A DNA stretch of 62,584 nucleotides, the filler included, from Choristocarpus tenellus KU-1152 (lineage: Eukaryota; Protista; Phaeophyceae), in the NCBI GenBank assembly GCA_964200185.2. It is 8 parts of 8 records of this genome, joined end to end, with 100 filler letters (N's around TTAATTAATTAA, not from the genome) between each part and the next. Parts side by side here need not be neighbours in the genome. Positions count along the whole stretch, not along the records: positions 50,008 to 54,365 come from CAXNAD020014933.1; positions 54,466 to 62,584 come from CAXNAD020005120.1; 6 more parts are not named here. The stretch is one strand, 5' to 3'. Positions 50,521-62,584 of this stretch are shown piece by piece (the first letter of the stretch is position 1; each line of letters opens with the position of its first letter). Position numbers and translations under genes: made by a program. The notes under the pieces were generated by a model that was not told the DNA's origin, did no database searches, and was given only the letters and a program-made list of their open reading frames with translations.

Positions 50521-53500
50521 CGATTACGATGATGTACGTTTTCATTCAGTTCTCAAATTGACTATGGTATATCAATAAAATGGGGAAGAAAATATGCAAC
50601 TGGTTTTTGGAGGAGATAGAGGGTTTCACGAATCAATGATACCCATTTTCATTTTCTCTATCATCCGATTTCAAGTAAATCTATTCTACTCAATTGAAAA
50701 TTGGTCGGTCACAATATCCTCATTTGTTCTCACAACTAAATTGGTTGTCCATTTTTTTCGACTTCAGATACTAATTGGATTCTTCTTAACTAGCAAAACG
50801 TAACAAAGCAAATGACGTCAACATCCCTCCTTAAAAAGCAAAAAAAGGTAAGGGTCATACAGACTATCACTGACAAGACAGAACTGTGACTAGCTAAATA
50901 AGTTGAGGAGAGGGAACAAATCACCAACTCCTGCAACTCGCGGGAGATTTCTATAACCATGGTTTCAACCCACCTTGTTGGCTGTACTTGGCCAGTATTT
51001 TTTTTGTCGATGTTATGGTCATGGAGAGGAGCTCGATCTGCAGAGAGGTGTAAGTTCGGACGATACACACCTCGGCCGGATTTGTGTTCGCGTCCAGGTA
51101 ACAGGTTATATCATGGAGACAATTAGTCACGGGGTAATTCCATGGTGTTTATGTGCACCCTTTGGATATATTACATCGACAGTCTTTGTTATTGTGTGGA
51201 GGAAGAAATCGCAAACTCAGTCGTACCAATGATCCTTTCTCAATATGACATCTATCCACTTGCTTCGTCCACCCTGGAAGATGGTCCAGGCAACCACTTG
51301 TGCTTTGCTGCTCCACCATGGGCTTGGTCAGATATGGGGCCCTTGAGGTGGAGAAGCTCAGTGTCAGTACCTACAGCTTGTCCAAGAGGAGGTGGACAGC
51401 GTGTTGAGGGTTGTGAGCCCGGGTTAAAGTTGTCGGCAGCCCGGAGAGCTGGGATGTCATTGGCAAAGTCACTGGTGGGAAAACGAGGGGCAGGAGTTGA
51501 GGGTATGGATGGTGTGAAAAAAATGCCTAGTGTGAATAAATGGCCTGTTGTGGAGGCCAAACCAGCTGTTCTGTGGACCAAACCAGTGACCAACCAAATG
51601 GGGATGTTCAAAGGAAGGTTTGAAGTGGTTCTGGCTACCATGTCGGACCTGGATGAAGCAGGAGAACTTTGTATTAAGGTGCTCATCTAGCTGATTTCCA
51701 AATAACTTTGCACGATGTGTGGAGATTATGTATTGTTTTTGCACAATAGACGACACCTCTAGTTTGTAGAGAATCTTCAATGTTGTTTCTTTTTCTACTC
51801 TAGCATTAGGGTCAACAATCTATCTAAATTCATCAAGTAGATACTATCAAATAGTGCTACTACAACAATAATGTTTTTTTTGCTTTCAGCATCAAAAACA
51901 ACGTTGCCTTGTTCTACCCAGCCAGATGCAAAATTGCCATTTTCATCTACTCCGGAGTAATCTTTTTAGTGAAGGTGGTGTACCGTATAGAGCTTAAGAT
52001 CAAACATTTAGTAGGCAGCAAATCACATTAAAGATATCGCCCATGAGGAGCCTGGTGTCCTAAAAGTTCATCGAGTTGAGTGAGAGCGTTTTTTTTTTTC
52101 GTAGTGTGAGAGAGTAGGTGTGCATACCAGTGTATTGTGGATTGATAGACAGCAATGATACACACATCAGCATGCCAGTGTCCTACTCTCAAGTGAGCCG
52201 TTAATTTTCATATGTGAATGTTGCACCTCATGTCTTGGCTTTTCAAGTTTTCCTTTGCCTAGATTCTGAGCACAGTATATGCACGTCAGCTTGTCTACCA
52301 TCGTTTGATACGACCGCTGACCACTCCAATTTCAGGTACGTAATGCCGAGCTTGGGCCAAGGGAGGTGTCATTGATTCTGTTGAGCTAATCTTCAAACTA
52401 GTATTATATATATTTATTTATTTATTTTGAAATGCAAAAAAAAAAAGAGTGTGAGAACTGGCGCATGTTCCAGGACTACCAAATTAATTGAACTCCGATG
52501 ATGACACAGTGTTCGGGCGACGGTGCAGTGTTGCAGGGGTGCAGAGGATTGATCCGGTTACAGTCCGTTGGTCTTCAGTATGTACACTACAGTATCAGGG
52601 CGGGGTAAGGTTTGTAGCGCCCCCAAGACTTTTCTGTGATCCAGTAGCACATATATTGTACGTAGAACTGTGATTCACAGACAGCACTGTTTTTCATGCC
52701 ATTTCTGTCAGTTCAGATCAGCTTGCAAGTTAAGTTCCCTACGATTGCCATGACTGCTTTTTAGAACCGTGTATGCGTGCGCCCTCACTCACAAAACAGG
52801 TTTAGGGTGATGTGAGTTTCCCATTTGCACGTGTTCGTAGGTGTTTTTTGGAGAGGGGAACAGTCCCTGGAAAGCAGCTCAGCTCCGGCAGCTGATGCAA
52901 GAGCAGAAGCAAGACCTCTTGTCTCGGTGTGAGCAAGAGGAGAGTGTGATGTTCAAGGCCATCGATACAAAGTGAGAGGAGTGTAGCTCTTTCACACCAA
53001 AATGAGTTGTTATTTATCGCAGACCTTGCCTGGTCCTTCTGTTTTGTTTGCCACGTGAATCTGAAGGTCTTTCTGTTTAGTTTGGGGGGTAAGGTGAGCC
53101 TCTTTCTGCCAGAGGGTGCTCTAGGTGCTCTGCTGTTTTTACTTGTGGTAGGTTTTGGTCTTGTAACGAGGAAGGCATTGACCAGAATGAACTGTGAGAG
53201 TGGGGGTACCTTAGTCAAAGTTGGGATGGCCACATTAGTTGTACCAGTTCGAAGTTCTGTTTTTATCACACTTTCAAAGTAGGACAGGTGATTGCTGTGA
53301 CGACATGGAGCATTGCACCAGGAACATAAGCATCCCCGCAATGCTTAGTTGTCCAGATTGGTAGGGGGGGCTATGTGTGTGTAGTGTGTTTTTGTGCGTT
53401 AGGAAGAAGGTTTGTCTAATCGATCGAGAGCCTTAGGCACACTGGGATAGGCAGGACATCACAGCATTTCCCAAGGGAATGGCGGTAAGTGGTTGTGCCA

Positions 53501-53789
53501 AATGTAGGTCCAAATGCGCTTCCCAGTGTAACTATTTCCATTAACCCTCAGACAAAACTCTGTTGCTTTTGATTGATGGTATACTTCTGAGGGACTTCAC
53601 CGCTGCTACTGTTGGTTTGTTACTGGTATCTTTTATGTCGCTAGGAATGGGCCGAAGGTACTCTGTCTTTCTTTTTTTTTGAGGGGGGGGTGGGGGGGGG
53701 GGGGGGGAGAGCTTTGTCCCATCACATTGAGCTCTGTAGTGTCATCCATAGCTCTCTTTTTTTTATCTTTTTGCAAACCAATCTTTCAG

Positions 53790-54003
53790 GCGTGCTGGGG
53801 AGATGGTGGGTTTCATAGAGATATCTGCTTTACCAGGCACCAAATACGGCATGGGGTTTGGCGTACCCCCTGCGGATGTGAGACCAGTGGTATCTAACTT
53901 AGCAGTTGATCCGAGAACCAGGCGCTATGGGATTGGCACAGCGCTCATGGACGCCTGCGAGGACATGGTCAATACCTGGGGTTATAATGAAATGATTCTC
54001 CAG
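53790..54003 (+). CDS. GNAT-family N-acetyltransferase, single internal exon
   Basis: cag|...|gtgag exon encoding GEMVGFIEI...PVVSNLAVDPRTRRYGIGTALMDACE...WGYNEMILQ, i.e. GNAT motif A (R/QxxGxG/A). Remaining exons were not found in the window. Confidence 0.85.
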
Positions 54004-55166
54004 GTGAGAGAGAGAGAGGCCAGGGGGGACTTCTGGGCATCAGAAGTTTGACCATACAAGAACCGATGTAGTCAATCAAGGGTCTCTAAGCATGATGGAT
54101 GCCTGGTGTTTGGCAAGTGTACAATGCTGTGTGGAAGGTGAGGGTGGTGATGCTTCCTGTGTTTGTAGTACAGGTGTGTTTTTTTTCATGTCCAGCTCTC
54201 TGAAAGTAGGCAGTGTCGTGAATTGCTAGGAGTCCATTTTTAATTGAAGGGATGTTTGAGATTGTGATTTCAAGCCTTCGATTGGGTCGGGGGCGGGGGG
54301 GGGGGGGGGGTTCTTGTGAGCGGGTGCTTTGCTATTTTATTATTTTTTTTAATTTGATTTAAATTNNNNNNNNNNNNNNNNNNNNNNNNNNNNNNNNNNN
54401 NNNNNNNNNTTAATTAATTAANNNNNNNNNNNNNNNNNNNNNNNNNNNNNNNNNNNNNNNNNNNNCCTTCCCCCCCCCCTCCCCCCTCATTTCCACATAC
54501 GAGCTTCCCCCCCCCCCCCCCCCCCTCCTTCTTTTATGAGAGCTCCCACCTAAAACATGTTCATAATATTCCTTCCACCTGGAGCTCAGATCGTTCATTG
54601 TTGTACAGATGTATGTGGCCTGCATAGCACTTGTTGCAGTATGCCATATGTTTAGGTTGTTTATGTTGCCTTGCCAAGATGTCTACCTACAGTCAGGTGG
54701 ATTCTTAGCCCTCTCTGCAACACGGAGCACTCTTCCTTGTCATTGGGAGATATCTCTGTTGGAAAGGGTAACCTATCCTTCCATAAGTGTATGCTTTCCG
54801 TCTCCATGTATGTTTTGACAACTGGTGTCCGTCCCCTGTGCAGCTAAACATTAATTGGATTTTTTTTCAACGTTTTTGATTGTTTAATGTTTAAAATCAC
54901 ATGAAAAAGTTTGAGCAAAATTACATGCAATTTTTAATGTACAAAATGACAAAATTTTACAGTTGAATGACTGTTTTGATATTTCAACTACGCGTATAAA
55001 TCAAGAACATCTGTGCATTGGCAGCTTTTTGTTGCCTGATATATGTGTACTATGCAATATGGCATGAAACCAAGTGTTTTCTTTGCAGAAATGGCTTGTG
55101 CATCCTCCTCCCCCTTCCCGTCCCTTCCGTGACTTTAACGGTAAATCTCCATATTTATTTTTGCAG

Positions 55167-58100
55167 GAGGAGAGTCGGGCTAATGTGGTTATCAACCAGA
55201 AGATGATGAAGGTTATTGTCAGTGGCATCCCACAGAGTGTTCGTCTGGGGGTTGCCATGATTGAAGATGTCATCACCTTTGGCCGTTCTGCGGAGCATAT
55301 GGTGGGTGGGGGGATACTGGGAGCTGGCAATGGTGGTCACCCTGGGATGGCTGGTGGTGGACACCAGCACCATGCTCTGGGTGACTTCCAAGTCAATGGG
55401 GTTTCCATTGCAGGTAAGATATGGCGTTTTGTTGAGGGTTAGTGATATTTTCCTCTTACGAATAAAAGTGGCAGGGTTAATGGGGTATGAGAGGCTTCTG
55501 GGTGAAAGTATTTCCTTGTACTAGAGGTGGCATACAACACAGTTTTGTAGTGATGTATGTGGAGGAGATTTTCACCATGTTCCTCTGGTCCTTGATCTCA
55601 ACATGTTCTGATTTAGAGGGAATGAGCTACATAGTGCAAATCTTTAGTTGATGCTTTTTTCACTGTTGCCCATCCCCCTACCCCTTGAAAACCCTTTTCA
55701 GACATTGAGAATACTAGTGTTCAACAGGTGCGTCTCAATTTTTGAAAAATCAAAGGCGAGTGGGTTATCCATCATAATTCATGGGTCATCACCTCACTAG
55801 TTGTGCATTCTCCCCAAGCAGTCATCTCAATCTTTGCTTTTTTCCTTGAGCCCATTCCAGGACCCCTCTCTCACTTGTAAATATATTTATTCTGATGCTG
55901 TAGGGAGTTGAGAAAGCAGTCCAGTGGGCATTTGATCCCACAACCTTTGATGTTGTCCAGCATTGAGATACTACTGTTTGACAACTCTGTTCCAGTTACA
56001 CTATCAGGTGGTTTAGTATTACAGCGGAGATGTTAAACAGATCCGGACACAATATTATTCAGTTGATGGATGTATCAGGGAGGGGTACTTCATCAATTCC
56101 TTACTTTCTTTACATCCTCCCATTGAAATGTATTGTATGTCTTTATCTTTCATTGAATGATCATTGCCAGTGGAATTCAACTAAATAGATCCTCACAGTA
56201 TTAGCATAGAGTCATGAAAAGGACTTTTGAGGAGTTTTGTGTCGTCGACCTTGGATGGTGTGAATATTGATGAAAGGCATGGAGATGTTGTAGCCTGATG
56301 TGTTCATCATCACACACACAGGTGTTGATTGCCTAATGCCTCAGATAGCAGTTGTACCCAATGTGAAGGACAGCTTCTGTTCTCCTTGTACTTTTTTCCA
56401 ACTTAGGCAACGTCTGTGCTCGGTGAAGCAATCAATAGCAGAAACAGTACGTATGCAGTTAGGAACATTGTTGGTAAAGATGATAGGAAAATGTTTGTTT
56501 TTTGCAGATATGAAATACTAAATAATATCTTGGCAGAGGAATGTTTCTGTGTGGGAATGGTCAGAACTGTGGTTCACTTTTTGATTTTGAGGAGTGTACA
56601 AACATATTTTTCTTTTTCTGTGCGGATCTGTATTTTGTGCTTGCTCAAAACAAAACATTCTGCAGTCCTTCAAGGAACAGTCAACCTTGAAGATAGGATG
56701 AACATGTGACTACATGAGTATTATGTACATGCAAGTATGATACTGATGGGCTTGATTGCTGTATTGCATCCAACCGAACTTTTCTTCCCATCAGTAAATA
56801 AGGATATGTCAAGAGCTTTTTAAAACGCTTGTTGCTTGTCATGGTGGTGACCTGACACCTCGGTATGATAACTACAGTCGTGGAAAATTGATGGTAGAGG
56901 ACATTGCTGTTAAAACGGATGGTTCAGTTGTTTTGCAGTTTATATGGTGAGTGAGGCTTGTACCATAAGATACTCTCCTAAATGGGCTTAAAGTATCTAG
57001 GGGGGGGGGAGGTCTACACCAGGGTGTTTATTTGGGCCCTGACCAGGAGAAGTGCACTTACATTATCCATCTGATGCATACAACTAAATCACCCAAAAAT
57101 TGCGATATGGAAAAATGGACCCTGAATGGACAGCCGCCACCCCTCCTGAGATATTTTGATCCATGCTCTGGGACCCCCCTCTCATGATACAGTGATAGAC
57201 TTGTCTCCATTTGATGTCAAGCACATCACTAGATTAAATTTTGATATTTTGAAAACTTCCACTGTACATACATGATATTTTTCAAGTTAGAAATTAGATC
57301 TAGTAGAAAGGCAGTGTGAGTGTGTGTGTGCCCGTGTGTTGGTTTATGATGGCATGGGAGGTGTAACCCCTCTTATTGTTGCTGGTGGGGTAGAAGTAGA
57401 GATCAATGGTGATTGGAGTTCTTCGGTGACAGCTCTTTTAGGTAGATTGTACACATGATGGCAAACATACTATGTGATACCTGGCATTGTGCAGCGGACT
57501 GTTTTTACTGCAGGAAATGGGTGAGCAATGACATCCCCTCGCTGTCTGCTGTTTAGGGGAATGGGGCAATGGGATGGTTGATTGTATTAGTTGTTAGTTG
57601 GGACAAGCCTCAAGGTGTGGGCATGGCACCTGTTGAGCGACTCATCACACAGAGGGGAGTGGTCTATTTGCTACATGTAGTGATCGGTCTATTTGATACT
57701 TTCACCACACCCTCACCGATTAATTATGCCATAGTTGTCTTGCCCTTTGTTGACCACACCCTATCCTGGATCACCTGTTTGTGTTTATGCTGCTTTTGGA
57801 ACTAATTTACATTATCGATAAAGACGGTGATGACCCTAACAAGACAATATCGATGTATCGGATGTGTATCGATGTGTGATTGAGGAGATGCCTGCAATCT
57901 ATTTGTCTTGTTCTTGATCACCATCACAGGAAACTCGTGTTCTTAGCGGTTCCCTTGGGGGTAGATGTGGGGGGGATGAGCTTCTGAAAGAACTTACATA
58001 CTACTGACTTCATGGGAGAGTTCCCCACCTTGGTGATCTCACCAATAGTCAACATTGCTGTGCTGTCCCCCGAAACAAGTTCAGGAGAAGTCAAAGTAGG

Positions 58101-61100
58101 CCTCTCCGACCCTACTCCTGTGCTGCCAATCACAGAAGACTCTTGCCTCTTGATATCTGCACTATAGGCTCTTGATATCTACCCGAGCTTCTACAGCTGA
58201 AGTGCCATCCTCCCATGAAGAGGCAATAGAGATCTCTACCTCTTCATCCTGAGTCTCCCTTTGCTCAACTCTCAAAATACTTTGCTTCCTGTCTCCGGAT
58301 GACACCTCTCTGTGATATGCTACTCTTAGTGGTGTCTGTCACAATCTACAATGACCACACGCCATTGGTCTCTGAGATCTTGAGCTCCTCGGACAAAAGA
58401 AAAAAAACTCTTTTTTTCCTTAACATACTTCAGTCACTGCTCAAAAGTGACTGTCTTCAGAAGAGTTTTGCGCTTTTAATTAGAGACTCCAGGTCGATGG
58501 GCTAGGAGAGGCTTGACAGATTAATGGGTTCTTACCTAAATTCTTGCCCGCCTTGTTAGAGTCTGTTTATAAGTGTTGCCCTCTATTGTTTTCTCGTCTG
58601 TTTTACCATTCACTACCTCTCTGTGTGGTTAGTGTATGTGTTGCAATAGTAGTAGTCCTTTCTGTGGTTTGTTAGTATTCCTTTCATCATCTTTACTCTT
58701 CTGCAGTCTCTATATTGTACTATTGCTATGTTTTGTTGCCTTTTCACTTTTATACTTGTTTTTTCCTACATAATAACCTCTTCAACATGTCAGTGGGCAT
58801 AGTAATATTTACACATATTTCATGTATCCAGACTCATACAAACAATATACATATGTGTATGCCTTGTGTAGGTGTGATACAAGGCAAAGAGTTGATGTGA
58901 TCTCTTTTTGGTATGGCTTAATGTATTGAAAATGCCTCTCCTCTTTATTCCTTTTTTGTACTTGATCAGGAATGGGAGGCATGGGTGATGTGGATGATGG
59001 GGGTGTTCGCTATGGAGTGCAGGTGCCAAGGTGGAATGGCACCCTTCCCTCACAGAGTCAACAGGTCCCACCGCCTGGTCAGGTTCAGGGAAGCCCCTTC
59101 GAGTCACCCTTCCCCCCCCCTAATGGAGTTGCTAGGGGGGGTGGAATGTATGAGGTTGGAGGGAATGAAGTGCAACAGATGGGAAGTGTTCACCTTGCAA
59201 CAACTCAGCAACCCCCTCCTCCCTATGGCACCGGAAACATCTCGAGGAGGTGGCACTCGGCACAGAACCTTGTTCCACATGGCTCTCAGAAGACCTCTCA
59301 GTCGTCCTCTCCTCCTGCCCGCTCACAGTTGAGTAACCAGGCTGCAGCTGCTGCTGCGACAAGTGTAGGTGGGGGGGATCGCAGTGGTGTTGTAGAGGGT
59401 GAGCAAGGTGGTGCTGGGGACCTGGACTGGTCTGTTTTCAGCAACTCCATGTTCAATATTGTCTCTGATGTAGGTGATGGTGGAGTGCCTGTTGGTGAGG
59501 CCCAAGCCTATAGCAATGGTAATGTGGTCCTCAATGAATCAAATCCATTGCATGAGACTGGTGTGATTGATATGGTCAGCCGGCCAGAGGGTAGCACTGC
59601 TGCAGGCCTCAGTGGATCAGATGGAGGGGACAACGGTGGAGGAGGTACTAGTGTTGGCACAGTGGGGCGAGCATCTTCGACTGGGGATCTAGAAACAATT
59701 GCTGGGTCAAATAGGGCAGCAGGATCTGCTGGTTCAATGTCAGTTCTGAACAACCGCCTGACCAGGGTGGCTTTGGATGATAGGCCTGGCAGGAGTGTGA
59801 GTGAGGTGAGTCTTGTTTTATTTCATTGTAAACATGACTCAGCTATCCCACTTCTTGGTACATGGCTTCTGCTGTGTTTGATATATCAAATTAGAGGAGT
59901 GTTGTCGTCGGTGGTATGATATGGTATGCTTTGGTATGACTACAAGAGGGTAATGGTTAAGATATATTTCAGATTTTGGTATACTGTTAATGATGAATAC
60001 GGTTAACTTTATCCACTCCACTGACCTGTTGTTTGTTCATTGTAGGAAATTATATTTTTTTGGATTAGCCGGCAGACCACCCCTACTGTTAAAATATTGG
60101 CCTATTTTAAATACTGGGTTCTCTGGTCTGCAATATACTGTTTTATGTTGTGGTGAATGCGGAGATATCACCGTTTTTGTGTTTCTGTATGTGTGTACCT
60201 GGTAGTGGCTGCTGTGGGTTCTTGTCAAGTTTCTGCTTTCATGTTCAGCGTAAAGAAAGAAGCAACTGCACATGAAAAAAGAACATACAGTGGTGACATA
60301 ACTTGGTTGTAACTTTTGATGACTAACCCTTACAAGGGAAAACAGAAACCCTTTCCCCTCTCTCATGATGTAAGGTTTGGAGGCATTATTTTCAGGACTT
60401 TTTTTTTCTTACATTCCAGTGTTTATTGTTACCTTTTCCCATGTGAATATAGTGTGAACATCAGTAGCACACGAACAGAATGGTGCAATCCAATAAAAGG
60501 TATACCCCGCATATCCCCCCCTTCTTTCATCCAATTGCCCAGGTGCAGAGCCTTGGGCAGGCAACACGGTACCGTGAGCGTTCAGGTTCTCCAGTTGGTC
60601 AGCCGCAGTCGCTGGGAGAGTTCCTGGGGGGCATGGGGCTGGATACATACACGAAGTTGCTCACTGAAAATGAGATTGACCTTGAGGCTATTGGGCTTAT
60701 GGCTGACTCTGACTTCCAGGACATAGGTAAGGTTCATGTAGACTTGGTGGCAGATGTGATAGTTGCATATGCATCTGGATATTACAGGAACTTTAATAAC
60801 ATTTGATCTCTGGAGGATGAGCTATTCTCTCCCGACAAGGTTGGAGTATGTATAATTAGTTCATACAATGCAAATAATGTACTTTTCTAAAGAGTGTTTT
60901 GACTTTTTTTTTCTGCATGTTCAGGGAATTTGTTCACATGTGTAATATAAGTAGCAGTATAACAGGTGTTCCCACCTCTTATTTTGATTGGCTGATGTGC
61001 CTCTCACATTGAGGTGGGATGTTGCCTTTTCATCACTGTGGCATACTTTTGAGTGAACAGGGTCACTTATTGTAAAGCTTGGTGTGTGCAGTATGGTATG

Positions 61101-62584
61101 ACCTTTGAAATAGAATTGTCCTTTGCAGAGATGAATGGATTGATTTTTGCTGGAAGGGCTTTTGAAGTTAATTCATTGTGTCCTTTCCTACTACAATTGT
61201 TACAGAGAGGTGAGGCGCACAAGTGACCTGGAGTAAGTACAGAGCGGAGTCATGTACATTTTTTTAAATTGCATATTTCGTCACATATCGCAAGGGATGA
61301 AATTACGCTTGTACGGGGAGTTCCTTGTCATGGAGAAGGATAATCATTTCCCACACACCTACACACACCCTTCTTGCTCCTTGTGACAATATATTTCCTG
61401 AATTTTCATGAATATTCTTAGTATTCAAAATTTCAATCCGTTGTCAATTAACACTCTGTAACACATTTTTATTATTTATTATTTGACAGGTATACCGAAG
61501 GGACCTCGTCTGAAATTGCTCTATGCACTTAGGACAGGCAGGAACCCCCCCCAGGCCCCAGGTGCTGGTATGGGAGGGGTGAAGGACGCAAGTGGGGGAG
61601 TTGTTGCTGGAGGCGGGGGCAGTCACTCTATGGTTGAGGCATTCCTGAACTCACTGGGGCTTGGGCGGTACAGTCAGGTCTTCCAGGAAGCAGAGATAGA
61701 CATGAGTGCAGTGGAGATCATGGAGGAGTCTGACTATGCACAGCTTGGTGTTGCGAAGGTGTGAAGAGGCATTTTTTTTTTTGGGATCTATTCCAGTTGG
61801 AGAGGAGAGAGGGATGGAGTGTGGCGGATTTCTTTTTGTGAGGGATCTTGTATTGTTTCTTATTGGTTGTGCTAGTAACAGAGGTAGAGGTAGAGGTAGA
61901 TCTGACTTTTCTGTATCACTTCATTTTTTGCAGAGGGGAAGACAATTGTGTTCTATCTCTATTCGGTAAACTATTTTCACATTTGAGTGTGATACGAGGG
62001 ATGAGATATTCTTTGGATTGGATGTAAAAGACAACATTTTGTGTGCATGTGTTTTTGATTGTGTACTGTAGTTGATAGGGACTCATCCAAGAGCATATGT
62101 TGGTGCACCCTTCTCTCCTCTCCACTTGCCAGTAGAGCACTGGTGTATTTTAACTTGTGATTGGAAGTTCAGAAGTCGCTGTACTTGAGGGTGGGACTTT
62201 GCTGTGGACATACACAGAAGATTCCCTAACCCTCTCATGCCATGCCATGTCAAGAACCTCGAACAAGCAATTAGTTTACTCAAAGTGTGTGCAATGAATC
62301 CCCCCCCCCCCTTGCGTGCTTCCCTTGAGCTATTTATGTTTCACTGTTGTATTGTGCATGCATTCCCTAACCCTAATATTTCATTCTGACCCTTACACCC
62401 CTTTTCCATTCAGGGCCCCCGTTTGAAGATTATGAACGAGTTGGCTAAGCTTGCTATTGGCAACAGCATGGCAGGTACACCTCATGGAAGCCCTGCTACA
62501 GTGCCTGCCAGTACCAACAAGATGAGCAGTGGCGGCAGCAGTGTGCGTGGCAGTGGTATGTCATCATCTAGTTCCTCGCCAGCC
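55167..62584 (+). CDS. KH-domain plus tandem SAM-domain protein (Bicaudal-C-like architecture), partial at both ends
   Basis: Exons 55167-55413, 58970-59805, 60543-60726, 61490-61758 and 62414-end join in phase. Exon 1 is the C-terminal half of a KH fold (EESRANVVINQKMMKVIVSG..V...AMIEDVI), followed by a long Gly/Ser/Pro/Gln low-complexity linker. SAM1: LGEFLGGMGLDTYTKLLTENEIDL...DFQDIG|IPKGPRLKL. SAM2: VEAFLNSLGLGRYSQVFQEAEIDM...DYAQLGVAK|GPRLKI. Confidence 0.85.
56985..57162 (+). mobile_element. MITE family A, complete 178-bp intronic copy
   Basis: GGCTTAAAGTATCT...AGATATTTTGATCC flanked by ATG/ATG; the internal sequence matches 49262-49441. Confidence 0.85.
57925..58120 (-). mobile_element. 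Possible decayed BED zinc-finger (hAT-like transposase N-terminus) within an intron
   Basis: AYFD ... SVVCKFFQKLI...GTAKNTSFL resembles a BED finger with the second Cys lost; weak. Confidence 0.28.

Noticed and set aside
51142-53341. Long ORFs of 144-182 aa (51142-51690, 51252-51686, 52802-53341)
   Set aside because: No recognisable domain or consistent splice structure; probably decayed repeat sequence.
53790-55413. GNAT-KH-SAM fusion gene (the exon phases are compatible)
   Set aside because: A spacer separates the exons, and both the GNAT C-terminus and the KH N-terminal half would be missing; two truncated genes are more parsimonious.

Overview
Eukaryotic, intron-rich nuclear DNA, almost certainly from a brown alga (Phaeophyceae). 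It carries a complete 9-exon orthologue of Ectocarpus PKS1 (type III polyketide synthase), the 5' half of an aureochrome-type bZIP gene, a protein with a bipartite plastid-targeting presequence, and TTAGGG telomere-type repeats. The window is 8 contigs joined by seven identical artificial 100-bp spacers (44 N + TTAATTAATTAA + 44 N), so several genes are truncated and adjacency across spacers is uncertain. Other genes: an uncharacterised EF-hand-like protein, a DUF4203/TMEM198-like membrane protein, a GNAT exon and a KH plus tandem-SAM protein. Intergenic and intronic DNA is full of decayed transposons: copia, RTE-like and RLE-type non-LTR elements, a full-length decayed mariner with Stowaway-like TIRs, two related MITE families and a third dispersed repeat. 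The most unusual signal is a high density of 2-3-unit telomeric repeat micro-insertions. Two of them sit inside repeat copies whose sister copies in this window lack them, which suggests frequent telomerase-type healing or insertion at internal sites. All exon models were derived by hand from splice signals and reading-frame phase; family assignments rest on recalled motifs, and no searches were run.
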